A stretch of DNA of 64,000 nucleotides from an uncultured Gammaproteobacteria bacterium. Lineage in GTDB: Bacteria > Patescibacteriota > Patescibacteriia > Magasanikbacterales > GWA2-37-8. Under the pieces are notes generated by a model, which searched no databases, was not told the DNA's origin, and saw nothing but the letters and a program-made list of their open reading frames with translations. The position numbers and the translations under genes were made by a program. This document shows positions 43,821 to 54,061 of this stretch, piece by piece. The DNA lies in the NCBI GenBank assembly GCA_964533715.1, contig CAZHNI010000002.1, positions 46,496 through 110,495 of the forward strand. Direction: 5' to 3'. Numbering within the stretch: position 1 is the first letter of the stretch; each line of letters begins with the position of its first letter.

Positions 43821-45989
43821 ATGCATGATTTGTCCATTATTTCTGGCTGTTTAAATGAAAGTCGAAATGTCGTGGAACTTGTTGAAAGACTACAGGCGGT
43901 TTTTGTTAAAGATAAAATTAATGGAGAAATTATTTTGGTGGATGACGGGTCCACCGATGATACGGGGCAGCTAATTGAGGAAATGTCCAAAAAATTTTCT
44001 AATGTAAAAAAAATCACTCATTCTCATAATCGAGGCATAGAGCAATCCTGGAAATCTGGCCTTCGCGCTGCCTCCGGTGTGTACGTCTGTCTTATTGATT
44101 CAGATTTACAAAATTTGCCAGAAGACTCAGGGAGATTGTATAGAGAAATTCAGTTTTCGCACGTTGATGTTGTTCAAGGTTGGCGCAACCACATTGGAAG
44201 GCTGCAAGATAGTTTTTTGCGACACTGGTTTAGCCGCGGCCTTAATGCGTTGTTAAATATGGTTTTTGGGATGTCTCTCAAGGACAATAAATCCGGGTTT
44301 ATTTTGTGTCGTAAATCAGTATTGGAAGATATTTTAAATCACCACTTGAACTATCATTATTACCAGACGTTTGTTACTGTGGCAGCTAAATATAAAGGGT
44401 ATACCATTAAAGAGGTAGAAACTCTTTTTCAAAGCAGAGTTTTGGGCAAGTCTTATTTAACAAATTCTTTTAAAGCTAGTTTTTTGACTTTTGTCGATAT
44501 ATTAAAAGGATTTTTTGAATTTCATTTTATTTCTAAGTACGATAATTTTTTAAGGGATTTTTTGCGAGAGAATCCTGTTGTTTCAAAAGATAAAGAAAGC
44601 TCTTGGTTCAGACGTTTGTATTTTAAATTATATATTTTTTTGTTTCCGCTCCATCATTGGTTTATTTCCAAGAATTCTTATGAGTACTTACAGGATTTAA
44701 ATAATAGTCAATGGCTAACTCCCCAAAAAATTAGGGAATATCAAGAAAATCGATTAAAAAAATTAATTAACCACGCGTATTACCACGTGCCTTTTTATCG
44801 CGATCTGTTTAATGCTCAAGGAATTAAACCAGAACATATTCAGACATTGGAAGATTTGCAAAAATTGCCAATAATTAATAAAAAAATTGTAAAGGAAAAT
44901 ATCTATTTTGGGTTACTGTCGGATAACCACAATAAGAAAAACCTCCAAAAGGTACAGACCAGCGGCTCGACCGGGGAACCTTTTTATACGTTCGCCGAAA
45001 GGAAACAGCTCGAAATGAGGTGGGCAGCCACTCAGCGTGCGTTTGATTGGACCGGGTATCGTTTTGGTGATCGTCAGGTCCGGTTATGGCACAAATATCT
45101 TGGTATGAAGCCGCTAGAGATCGTCCGTGAGTTGCTGGACGCGCTGCTCACTAGGCGTAAATTCATCCCCGCCTACGAAATTAAGGAAGACAACTTGGGG
45201 GAGTATGTTGACTCCATCATGAAATATAAGCCGGTACTGCTTGATGGTTATGCAGAATCATTTAATTTTTTAGCGCACTATCTTAAACATCATACTTATG
45301 ATGGCTATAAACCAAAAGCCATTATGTCGTCGGCCCAGTCGATGCCGCCGGAGAGTCGTAGAATAATTGAGGAAGTTTTTGGGTGTGGAGTCTATGATAA
45401 ATACGGTTCACGAGAATTTGGCGGGGGAGTGGCGTATCAATGCAAGGAACGTAATGGGTACCATGTTGTAGCGGAGTGTGGTATCGTGGAAATAATTAAG
45501 GATGGCCGACCGGCACAGCCGGGTGAAATAGGCGAAATTGTTATAACCGAGCTGAATAATTTTGCCTTGCCATTGATCCGCTACAACATAGGCGATCTCG
45601 CTGTAAAAATAGACCCCAATCAAACGTGTAAATGCGGGCGCGGTTTGCCACTAATTGGTGAGATTCAGGGGCGTGTTCAATCCATTGTTGTTGGTACCAA
45701 CAAGCAATTTATTCCGGGAACTTTTTTTAATCGCGTTTTTTTTAAACATGATTTGGCAGTGCGCCAATACCAAGTCGTTCAGGAAGAACTGGGCAAATTA
45801 AATATAAAAATAATTAAAGGTAATTTATTTACCGACCAAATCCTTGAAACCATCTCCAAAGATATTAAAATACACATGGGAGAAAACATGGTTATCCAAT
45901 TTGAATTTGTCGACGAAATACCGCTTGGTAGAACCGGTAAAAGACAATATTGTGTGTCCAAAATTAATCCGCTTGAATATCTAAAATAA
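43821..45989 (+). CDS. Bifunctional protein: N-terminal GT2 (polyprenyl-phosphate sugar transferase-like) fused to a C-terminal adenylate-forming ligase (PaaK/CapK/F390-synthetase family)
   Basis: GT2 motifs ILVDDGSTDDT, NRGIEQSW and LIDSDLQN. Ligase motifs TSGSTGEPF (ANL P-loop) and YDKYGSREFGG. Confidence 0.7.
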   Translation: MHDLSIISGCLNESRNVVELVERLQAVFVKDKINGEIILVDDGSTDDTGQLIEEMSKKFSNVKKITHSHNRGIEQSWKSGLRAASGVYVCLIDSDLQNLPEDSGRLYREIQFSHVDVVQGWRNHIGRLQDSFLRHWFSRGLNALLNMVFGMSLKDNKSGFILCRKSVLEDILNHHLNYHYYQTFVTVAAKYKGYTIKEVETLFQSRVLGKSYLTNSFKASFLTFVDILKGFFEFHFISKYDNFLRDFLRENPVVSKDKESSWFRRLYFKLYIFLFPLHHWFISKNSYEYLQDLNNSQWLTPQKIREYQENRLKKLINHAYYHVPFYRDLFNAQGIKPEHIQTLEDLQKLPIINKKIVKENIYFGLLSDNHNKKNLQKVQTSGSTGEPFYTFAERKQLEMRWAATQRAFDWTGYRFGDRQVRLWHKYLGMKPLEIVRELLDALLTRRKFIPAYEIKEDNLGEYVDSIMKYKPVLLDGYAESFNFLAHYLKHHTYDGYKPKAIMSSAQSMPPESRRIIEEVFGCGVYDKYGSREFGGGVAYQCKERNGYHVVAECGIVEIIKDGRPAQPGEIGEIVITELNNFALPLIRYNIGDLAVKIDPNQTCKCGRGLPLIGEIQGRVQSIVVGTNKQFIPGTFFNRVFFKHDLAVRQYQVVQEELGKLNIKIIKGNLFTDQILETISKDIKIHMGENMVIQFEFVDEIPLGRTGKRQYCVSKINPLEYLK

Positions 45990-45994
45990 AATTT

Positions 45995-46786
45995 ATGAAT
46001 CTGATAGAAAAAAACACCGGTGACCTATACTCTGATTGTTGGCAGGTATTAAGAAAGGAGCAGTGGTTGGCGCAGGGGGAGCTTTTGTCCGATCAGCTGG
46101 GGCTTACCTCGGATCAGGTGCAGGGCAAAATTTGCCTGGATGGAGGTTGTGGCCACGGCGCCCTTAGTTATAGGCTGCATTTGTTGGGAGCCAAAGAAGT
46201 AGTCGGTGTTGATTTAAAGCCTACTCCTCCCAAGGAAGTTTTTCAGGATATTACATCAGTTAAATTTGTCGAGGCGTCTCTAATCAAAGTTCCATTTAAC
46301 GATCAGTCTTTTGATTTGGTGGTTTCCAGCGGAGTTATTCATCACACAATCGATCCGGAGAAATGTTTCTCCGAACTTGCTCGTGTGTTAAAACCAGGAG
46401 GAATACTTACTTTGGGTGTATATGGTAAACACGGTTTATTTTCTTATTGTCTTTGGGTGGCCAGATTATTTACTATCAAATTGCCAATTCTACGTAAAAA
46501 TATTGTTTCTAAAATAGTCGATCTTTTTAGGCTGGATCCTATTTGGAGGTACCAAGTTTTAGATTATCTTTATGTTCCCATACTACATCGTTATAGCCCA
46601 GAACAGGTTAAAGAAATGTTTATAAGAAACGGATTGATGGATCCTCGGCGCGTATCCAATATTAGTAGCGACAAGGCCAAGAAATATATTTCCCAAAATA
46701 CATCATATTCTTATGATCATCGTCGCTGGACTTCAAAACTACTTTTTGGTTATGGTTTCATTGTAATTAAGGGACGTAAAAAATAA
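45995..46786 (+). CDS. Class I SAM-dependent methyltransferase
   Basis: Motifs LDGGCGHGALS, VVSSGVIHHTIDP and LKPGGILTLGVY. Confidence 0.75.
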   Translation: MNLIEKNTGDLYSDCWQVLRKEQWLAQGELLSDQLGLTSDQVQGKICLDGGCGHGALSYRLHLLGAKEVVGVDLKPTPPKEVFQDITSVKFVEASLIKVPFNDQSFDLVVSSGVIHHTIDPEKCFSELARVLKPGGILTLGVYGKHGLFSYCLWVARLFTIKLPILRKNIVSKIVDLFRLDPIWRYQVLDYLYVPILHRYSPEQVKEMFIRNGLMDPRRVSNISSDKAKKYISQNTSYSYDHRRWTSKLLFGYGFIVIKGRKK

Positions 46787-46790
46787 TAAT

Positions 46791-48566
46791 ATGTGTGGGG
46801 TTGTGGGTTTTTTTGATAAAAAAAACCAACTTACCGAAGTCGAAAGGCAGAGGTTAATTGGACAAATGATAGAGCAAATTGATCATCGCGGCCGTGATGA
46901 TCGTGGTTCGTACTCAGAAAATGGCGTAGTATTGGGCCACACCCGTCTTAGTATTTTAGACCTAAGTAAGAACGGCGCGCAGCCATTTTTTAGCTATGAT
47001 AATTCGGTTGTGTTGTCATATAATGGAGAAGTTTACAATTATCAAACGCTCAATGAGGAATTATCAAAAAGACACCCTCTAAAATCAAACTGCGACACGG
47101 AGACCATTGCTGTTAGTTATGTTGATAAAGGGGTATCATGTGTCCAGACCTTTAATGGCATGTTTGCTTTTTCTTTATACGATAAAAAAAAGCAAAATAT
47201 TGTTTTAGCAGTAGACCGTTTTTCCATTAAGCCTTTGTATTTCATTGATACGCCAAATTGGTTCGCTTGGAGTTCTGAGGCCAAGAGCCTGCTGTTGCTT
47301 CCAGGGTTTAAGGCTGAGTTTAATGAAAAAAAGCTGTCGGAATATTTAATGTTTAGACAAATTGCTGGCAAAGAAACCCTTTTTAAAAATATATATCGTG
47401 TTCTACCAGCGCAAATCATTAATTTTGAAACATCATCAAACGAGTTCACTAGTAATATTTATTGGGATTTGGCCAAAAATGATTTTGGTGATATTGATTA
47501 CGAAACGTTTTTGCTTAAAAAATTGGAGAGTAGTGTTTCCAGTCATCTCATGTCGGATGTGCCGGTTGGAGTTCAATTAAGCGGCGGATTAGATTCTAGT
47601 TTAGTTGCGGCCATTGCCAAGAGGCAGATTAAAAATTTGAATACCTTTTCTATTGGTTTAAAGACAGAGGGTTGGAATGAGTTCGAATATTCGCAAAAAG
47701 TTGCCGGTGAAATCAATACTACACATCACCAAATAACTTTTTCGGAAGATGATTTTTGTCGGGAGTTGCCAAACCTTACTTATTTTCACGACGAACCAAT
47801 AAGCCACTCTCATTCTGTGCCCATGTATTTATTAGCCAAAGAAGCCGCGAAATATGTAAAGGTTCTGCTCAGTGGTGAGGGTGCGGATGAGGTTTTTTTC
47901 GGCTACAGGCGATACTTGAATTTTTTTGGTAAAAATATTCAAGCTAATGATTTAGTCTTTTCTAATGCATGGGTAGGAGCGGCTTTTGCCCAAAAAGTTA
48001 GCAGACTAGAATTTAACCAGCTTGAGGCCTTGGAGCAAAGATTCGCTCTCGCTAAGAAGGTAGATAACCTTTCTACAGTGGATAAATTGAGCTTTTATGA
48101 TATAAAAACTTATCTGCCATCTTTGTTGTTGCGACAAGACAAAATGGGTATGGCGGTAACTTTAGAAAATCGGGTGCCGTTTTTGGATTATACTTTGGTT
48201 GAGTTCGGTTTTTCATTGCCGGAGAATTTAAAAATTGACAGGAGTGGAAATAAAATTTTGTTAAAAAAAGTGGCTGAAAGTTTTATATCGCAGAATATTA
48301 TATATCGCAAGAAGTGTGGTTTTGCTCAACCGCTGTCCGAGTGGTTTAAAAACAAAAATGGTTTAGGGGCTTTTCTTAGCTTGCTTTTGGAAAGTAAAAG
48401 AGATTTCTTGAACTATGAAGAAATAAACAAAATAGTTGTTGAACATCAGGCAGATAAATCTGATCATTCAGAAATCCTGTGGGTTTTAGTTAATTTGGAA
48501 ATATGGTTTCGGATTTTTATTGACGGCATCAAACCAAGCGAAATTCTAAATAGTGTTTATAGGTAG
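46791..48566 (+). CDS. asnB: Asparagine synthetase family amidotransferase, copy 2
   Basis: Starts MCGVVGFF. PP-loop SGGLDSS. Confidence 0.85.
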   Translation: MCGVVGFFDKKNQLTEVERQRLIGQMIEQIDHRGRDDRGSYSENGVVLGHTRLSILDLSKNGAQPFFSYDNSVVLSYNGEVYNYQTLNEELSKRHPLKSNCDTETIAVSYVDKGVSCVQTFNGMFAFSLYDKKKQNIVLAVDRFSIKPLYFIDTPNWFAWSSEAKSLLLLPGFKAEFNEKKLSEYLMFRQIAGKETLFKNIYRVLPAQIINFETSSNEFTSNIYWDLAKNDFGDIDYETFLLKKLESSVSSHLMSDVPVGVQLSGGLDSSLVAAIAKRQIKNLNTFSIGLKTEGWNEFEYSQKVAGEINTTHHQITFSEDDFCRELPNLTYFHDEPISHSHSVPMYLLAKEAAKYVKVLLSGEGADEVFFGYRRYLNFFGKNIQANDLVFSNAWVGAAFAQKVSRLEFNQLEALEQRFALAKKVDNLSTVDKLSFYDIKTYLPSLLLRQDKMGMAVTLENRVPFLDYTLVEFGFSLPENLKIDRSGNKILLKKVAESFISQNIIYRKKCGFAQPLSEWFKNKNGLGAFLSLLLESKRDFLNYEEINKIVVEHQADKSDHSEILWVLVNLEIWFRIFIDGIKPSEILNSVYR

Positions 48567-48577
48567 CCTATATATTT

Positions 48578-49156
48578 ATGAGTGTTGCAGAAATTAAATT
48601 AAATTTAGGTTGTGGCGAGACCAAGAAGGCCGGCTATGTTAATGTCGATTGGAATTTTCGCGACAACCCGGATGTAGTTCATGATTTGAATGTTTTCCCG
48701 TATCCTTTTGCTGACAGCACGTTTGATTTAGTTGAAGCCGATCATGTTTTGGAGCATTTAGATAAACCTTTTCTCGTAATGAAGGAACTGCATCGCATAT
48801 TAAAGCCATCGGGGCGCGTGGTTATTCGGGTCCCGCATTTTAGTCGCGGTTTTACACACGCTGAACATGCTCACGGTTTCGATGTCACATTCCCCTTATA
48901 TTTTAACAAAAAGACGACCGTGGCCAATTACTATGGTAGTGACTTTGAACTAGTTAATTTGGAATTAAAATGGGAGGCATTTCTTCATTTGTTGCCATTT
49001 ATGGGCTATGGGAAAATTACTATAATGTTTATTAAATTGCTGAATCACATAATTTCTTTTTTGGCCAATTTAAGTCCGGCTTTTTGTAGCCGGGTGTGGT
49101 GTTTTTGGGTGGGGGGATTCAATGAAATAAAATTTGAAATGAAGTGTATTAAATAG
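48578..49156 (+). CDS. Class I SAM-dependent methyltransferase (type 11)
   Basis: Motifs LNLGCGETKK, EADHVLEHLDKP and LKPSGRVVIRVP. Confidence 0.7.
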   Translation: MSVAEIKLNLGCGETKKAGYVNVDWNFRDNPDVVHDLNVFPYPFADSTFDLVEADHVLEHLDKPFLVMKELHRILKPSGRVVIRVPHFSRGFTHAEHAHGFDVTFPLYFNKKTTVANYYGSDFELVNLELKWEAFLHLLPFMGYGKITIMFIKLLNHIISFLANLSPAFCSRVWCFWVGGFNEIKFEMKCIK

Positions 49157-49163
49157 TTTTGGT

Positions 49164-50057
49164 ATGAAATCAATTTCTGAATTTTTAAAAATTCTTCGTT
49201 GTACTTGCGGCGCTGATTTAAATAGTATCCAAAAAAATATTGCTTGTTCAAAATGTGGACAAATATATGGATCGGCGGACAATGCTTATTTTAATTACAC
49301 AAAAGAACACAAAAATAAAGAAAACGTTGAATCAAATCCGGATGGTCTTGTGGCGCGACTTAAATATTTTTTTAAAAAATTTCCGAAATTTTACTATTTT
49401 CTGGCCTATTTATTTGGCGGTCGTCAGGTAAATACTACGGCAGAAAAATTTTGTAAGACACTCCGTTCCGACGCCGTTGTAGTTAATGTTGGATCTGGCA
49501 CAAAAAGATTGGGGGAAAATGTGATAAACGTTGATTTTTTTCCATTTTCTGTAGTTGATGTGGTGACCCTAGCAGAGCAGCTACCATTCAAAGATGGTTC
49601 GGTGGATGCAGTGGTGTGCGATAACCTGCTTGAACACGTCAAAAAACCGCTGGCCGTAATTAGAGAAATACACCGTGTTTTGAAAACGGGTGGTATTGTT
49701 TATGTTGGTATACCTTTTATGCTTGGTTATCATTCGTCACCAAATGATTTTCAGCGTTGGACTGCTGAGGGGCTTCGTGAACTAATGTTCGGGTTTAGCG
49801 AGAGAGAACTAAAAATCGCTTATGGTCCAACTTCAGCTATGGTAACCGTTTTGAGTGAGTGGTTGGCCTTGGTTTTTTCTTTTAACATCTCCTTTCTTTA
49901 CAATAGTTTACTTATTATCCTTACCATCATCTTGTCGCCACTTAAGTTGCTTGATTGTGTTGTTTCGCATTATAAAACAGCCGAAAATATTGCTTATGGA
50001 TTTTATTATATTGGTACCAAAAAGTCAGTCAACAGTAGCCTATGTCTATCTTTATAA
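49164..50057 (+). CDS. SAM methyltransferase with N-terminal Cys4 zinc-ribbon (Trm112-like) and a C-terminal hydrophobic segment
   Basis: CTCG...CSKCG zinc ribbon. Methyltransferase motifs VNVGSGTKR, DAVVCDNLLEHVKKP and LKTGGIVYVGIPF. C-terminal TM-like stretch. Confidence 0.7.
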   Translation: MKSISEFLKILRCTCGADLNSIQKNIACSKCGQIYGSADNAYFNYTKEHKNKENVESNPDGLVARLKYFFKKFPKFYYFLAYLFGGRQVNTTAEKFCKTLRSDAVVVNVGSGTKRLGENVINVDFFPFSVVDVVTLAEQLPFKDGSVDAVVCDNLLEHVKKPLAVIREIHRVLKTGGIVYVGIPFMLGYHSSPNDFQRWTAEGLRELMFGFSERELKIAYGPTSAMVTVLSEWLALVFSFNISFLYNSLLIILTIILSPLKLLDCVVSHYKTAENIAYGFYYIGTKKSVNSSLCLSL

Positions 50058-51790
50058 GAAAAAATTTTATATTTATTATGGGCGCTCTTTTGGTTGGCGT
50101 CGTTTCTATTCTACCCCAAATTATTCCAGTTTTGCATTTGGGCAATGAGTATAAAGGCATCCCTTTTATATACACCGCTAACGAAGACACCTACCTTGCC
50201 AGAATTAGAGAAGTCATTGACGGGCACCCGTTAGTTGGGTCGGCTTTTTTTTATGAATATAAAAATTGGCGCCCAATTGTTCCGGCAATCGGAGAAAACT
50301 TATATGCAATTCCAACCTTATTGTTTTCTGCGCCCCTGCTTGGCGTAGTTACGGCTAGTAAATTTCTGCTCCCAGCCGGTCTATTTATCCTGGCGTCTCT
50401 TTTAATTCTGCGTTTAAGCACCGACCCACAATCAAAGTGGTCCAAAGTTAATGCGTTTGTGGGTGCTCTTCTCATTACTTTGGGCTATGATATCTTTGAT
50501 TACCAACATTTTTTTAAGCTGGTTACTAATCCGGTAGATGCTTTTAGCCTCTCTGTGTGGACTAGGCCGATTAACCCGATATTGGGGGCAATTTTTTTAC
50601 TAATTTTTTTGTTGCTCATCTTAAAAATAATAGAACAAAGGAAAATAATTTATATTATTCCGGCCGCCGTAGTGTGGGCGCTGTCAGTGGGGTATATATT
50701 CAGCTGGACGCTTATTCTGGCAATTGTTGGTCTCTTTATTTTGCTATTCATAATAAAGAAAGATTTCGTCCTTGTTCGTCAGCTAATCTTACTTGTTTTG
50801 CTTTGGTTCGTGTTAACTTTTCCGTATTGGTACAGTTTGTTGGGTGCTTTAGGTAATTCGGTTGGGGGGGTGGCTGCTGCTTCTCGAAATGGAATTTTTT
50901 TAACTCATCGCCCCATTATCAATAAAATTGTTTTGGCATTTACCTTTATTTTTTTGGGATTTTCCGGTTATTTTCGATGGTATCAGAAAGGAAAAAATTC
51001 GCCGGAAACTTGGTGGTATGTTTTAGAGGTATTCGTAGCCGCCTCCTGGGCGGTTTTCAATCAGCAAATTATCACCGGTCGAACCGTTTGGTATCATCAT
51101 TACGTGCAATACACGATTCCGCTTGGTATTGTTGTGGTTATGGTTATCTTTAATAATTGGGTTAGACCGATTTTATTTAAGGTTTGGGCTGGGTTTATTG
51201 TCAGTATCATTCTGTTTGTCAGTTTTTATAATTTTATAGATTTGCGCGCGATAAATTATCGTTATTTAGATTTTCAAAATTTGCAAAGTTACGCCCCGCT
51301 TTTTTTGTGGATTAATAAAAACGCCGCAAGAGAATGTGTAATATTAAATCAAGACACCCCTGTTAGATTTGAATTGTTGGTCTCGGCGTTTACCGGCTGT
51401 AATAGTTATGCCCCTTCATGGGTTTTTGATGGTGTCCCTGCGGAGAGAATCAGACATGATTATTTAGTTATGCTTAGGCTTAGGGGTATTAACCCAGAAT
51501 CAGTTAAACAATATCTAATCGATCACGAAACTGAAGTTCGCTCATACTTTTTTAAAGACTGGGATCAGATGTTTGGCCGAGGACCAGACCCGTACATAAC
51601 AGAAGTTATTGACCGTTTGTCGAGCGATTATGCAAGTTTTGTTAAGGGTAATTTTGTCGATGAATTAAAAAAGTATAAGTTGGATTATATACTTTTTGTC
51701 GGGCCACCATCTCCTGATCTGACGAAATCCCTGCCAGGAATTATGCCGGCGTTTCAATATGATAATTTTTATCTCTATAGATTTAATTGA
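50042..51790 (+). CDS. Polytopic integral membrane protein of unknown function (possible GT-C-fold glycosyltransferase)
   Basis: 582 aa, more than 12 predicted TM helices, and a soluble C-terminal region. Confidence 0.5.
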   Translation: MSIFIRKNFIFIMGALLVGVVSILPQIIPVLHLGNEYKGIPFIYTANEDTYLARIREVIDGHPLVGSAFFYEYKNWRPIVPAIGENLYAIPTLLFSAPLLGVVTASKFLLPAGLFILASLLILRLSTDPQSKWSKVNAFVGALLITLGYDIFDYQHFFKLVTNPVDAFSLSVWTRPINPILGAIFLLIFLLLILKIIEQRKIIYIIPAAVVWALSVGYIFSWTLILAIVGLFILLFIIKKDFVLVRQLILLVLLWFVLTFPYWYSLLGALGNSVGGVAAASRNGIFLTHRPIINKIVLAFTFIFLGFSGYFRWYQKGKNSPETWWYVLEVFVAASWAVFNQQIITGRTVWYHHYVQYTIPLGIVVVMVIFNNWVRPILFKVWAGFIVSIILFVSFYNFIDLRAINYRYLDFQNLQSYAPLFLWINKNAARECVILNQDTPVRFELLVSAFTGCNSYAPSWVFDGVPAERIRHDYLVMLRLRGINPESVKQYLIDHETEVRSYFFKDWDQMFGRGPDPYITEVIDRLSSDYASFVKGNFVDELKKYKLDYILFVGPPSPDLTKSLPGIMPAFQYDNFYLYRFN

Positions 51791-51796
51791 AGCAGT

Positions 51797-52456
51797 ATGA
51801 ACATATTTATAAAAGAATTTTTAAAATATAAAGAAAAAATATTTCCCGACAGAAAGTTCCGTCGCGCCAGAATTTGGTCCAACCAAGAACTAAAAAAAAT
51901 CGCCAATCTTTTTGAGGGAGACATAATAAATGTGAGTGGGTGGAAAGACAGTGACAAACGGGATGGTTTTTATCGGGACTATTTTCCCAAAGCCAAGTCT
52001 TATTGGCTTTCTAACTTTTCCGGTCCATCTGGTTTCCAGGGCAATAATCCAAATGAAATTTTTCTTGATTTGGAAAAAGACTTAGACAATGATTTTGTGG
52101 GGAAATTTGACGTGGTATTTAACCACACCACTCTTGAGCATGTATACAATTTTCAAAAAGCTTTTCAGAATTTATGTCATTTAAGCAAGGACGTAGTCAT
52201 TATTGTTCTGCCTTTTTTGCAACAATTACATGCGGTTAAGGGTGATTATGAAGACTATTGGAGATTTAGCCCGTATGCTATAGAAAAAATGATGAAAGAA
52301 AACGGATTGGCGTTATTGTATATGTCAGCCAATAACAAAAAGTCCGAGAGTGTTTACGTGTTTGCTGTTGGGACAAAAAACCCGCTCCGGTGGGCGGGAA
52401 AAATACAAAACGGTAATCAGGATTTTTTTAATAATTTAGGCGATAAAGCCTTTTAA
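51797..52456 (+). CDS. Putative SAM-dependent methyltransferase-like protein
   Basis: Motifs FDVVFNHTTLEHVYNFQKAF and VVIIVLPF, resembling type-11 methyltransferase motifs. Confidence 0.5.
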   Translation: MNIFIKEFLKYKEKIFPDRKFRRARIWSNQELKKIANLFEGDIINVSGWKDSDKRDGFYRDYFPKAKSYWLSNFSGPSGFQGNNPNEIFLDLEKDLDNDFVGKFDVVFNHTTLEHVYNFQKAFQNLCHLSKDVVIIVLPFLQQLHAVKGDYEDYWRFSPYAIEKMMKENGLALLYMSANNKKSESVYVFAVGTKNPLRWAGKIQNGNQDFFNNLGDKAF

Positions 52457-52457
52457 T

Positions 52458-53957
52458 TTAGGCAAGATTGATTCTTTTGGCAATCAGATCAACCAACGGT
52501 TCTATTCCTGTCAAAATTTTGTTGAAATCACGTTCGTGGTACCAAAGGTGCACAATATCAACCGGTACAGTGTCGCGCTTGAGCGCCGCAATAAACTGCA
52601 CCAATTCGTCATGGTTATAAGAGAAGTTTTTTAATTGGTGCTCCACTGTTTGTGGTAGCTGAGCAATGTTTTCACAGTTTTTTACCATCGATAGACAATT
52701 ATAAAAAGTATTGCCAAATGTGATGGGCGGTTTTTTATAGAGCAACGCTTCCCATGCGGCAGTTCCGGTTATGGTAACGATCAGTTTTGCATTTTTAATT
52801 AATTCAAAGCTTTTTATGTTCGGTCGAATTAATTTTACATTCGGCATTTTCTTCAACTCTTTATAAAATGTTTTAGTACGATAGCCAACCATGGCTGGGT
52901 GTTCTTTTACGTACAATTTAAAATTAAGCGGCAACGATCGGGCCAGCTGGCGAACGTAAAACAATTGGTTGGTAGCGTGTTGTGCGTAGAGCAATAAAAA
53001 AATTTCCGGTTCAACGGCCAATGGAAAGTAGACAAAATCTTCTCCTGGCGCAACCTCATCGTATAAATCTTCAAAACCAACCAACATTCTAATTTTTCGT
53101 TTCATTCTGTCTAGTAAATGGTTCCAGGGGCTAATGCTAGTATAGCCTTTCCAGTTTTTGGAATAATATTGTTTGAACATGAAAGCAACCCCACCGAGTG
53201 ATTTTAGCCAGTTTTTTGGATGCAAGAATTTAAATTGACGCAATCTATTGATTGGTTGGCGATCCGGTGAATCCCCCTGGTGGTAGGGGCGGGGAGTCTC
53301 GGCGAATTGGGTGATGTATGAATTAATTTCTTCGACTTCAGTTTCTTTAAGTTTTATTTCCCCGCTTTGTATTTTGTGCCAGTTTTCCTCGGCCCAGTAG
53401 TATCGCTTAAAATCGTTTGTTATCATGTAGCTGTCAGGAAAGCGTGATAATTCGCCAAAAATGACCCTGATGCCTCTTTTTTTGGCAACTTCATAAAGCA
53501 CGTAACTGCTCATGTTATTTATAACGGCGAAGAAAATGGCGTCCGGTTTTTCCCTTTCAATAAAATTTATGACCTCTCTAATCGTCACCTGGAGGAGTTT
53601 CATTAAATCCTCGTGACTGTATTGGGTTTGGTCGTATGGGTATTCCCTTAAAAGTTGGCCATGCATTAATACTCTGTCTACCAGAAGATAGGGCCACAAA
53701 AAAGGTATCCCATATTCAGTTTCCATTTTTTTTAAATATTCTATATCCAACTTTTCTACTTTATAGGACTCATGCAGTTTCTCATCGAGTAAAAGAGAAG
53801 TATAGGCAATATCTCTTTGATTTTTTAAAAAATTATAACTATAACGCGTAGAAACAAGCGCACAAAAATCATGCACCCCATATTTTTTTTTAAATTGTAT
53901 TGCCATGGCGTGTCCAACGCGAACAAAGCTACGTTGCATGTGGAAGCAGATTTTCAT
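52458..53957 (-). CDS. Polysaccharide-biosynthesis protein of uncertain family (capsule-polysaccharide-biosynthesis / KpsS-LpsZ-like or glycosyl-phosphate transferase-like)
   Basis: 499 aa soluble protein. Motifs VKEHPAMVGYRTKTFYKELKK and IVTITGTAAWEALLYKKP resemble capsule-synthesis family proteins. The assignment is tentative. Confidence 0.3.
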   Translation of the reverse strand: MKICFHMQRSFVRVGHAMAIQFKKKYGVHDFCALVSTRYSYNFLKNQRDIAYTSLLLDEKLHESYKVEKLDIEYLKKMETEYGIPFLWPYLLVDRVLMHGQLLREYPYDQTQYSHEDLMKLLQVTIREVINFIEREKPDAIFFAVINNMSSYVLYEVAKKRGIRVIFGELSRFPDSYMITNDFKRYYWAEENWHKIQSGEIKLKETEVEEINSYITQFAETPRPYHQGDSPDRQPINRLRQFKFLHPKNWLKSLGGVAFMFKQYYSKNWKGYTSISPWNHLLDRMKRKIRMLVGFEDLYDEVAPGEDFVYFPLAVEPEIFLLLYAQHATNQLFYVRQLARSLPLNFKLYVKEHPAMVGYRTKTFYKELKKMPNVKLIRPNIKSFELIKNAKLIVTITGTAAWEALLYKKPPITFGNTFYNCLSMVKNCENIAQLPQTVEHQLKNFSYNHDELVQFIAALKRDTVPVDIVHLWYHERDFNKILTGIEPLVDLIAKRINLA

Positions 53958-54061
53958 ATTTTTAATTTAACTAAAATTTTTGATATCTTAGCAATTTCCT
54001 AATAAAATTGCAAACTCTCGCTTAGAACGTATAACCGAAAATTTTTTCGCTTTAAGTTACA

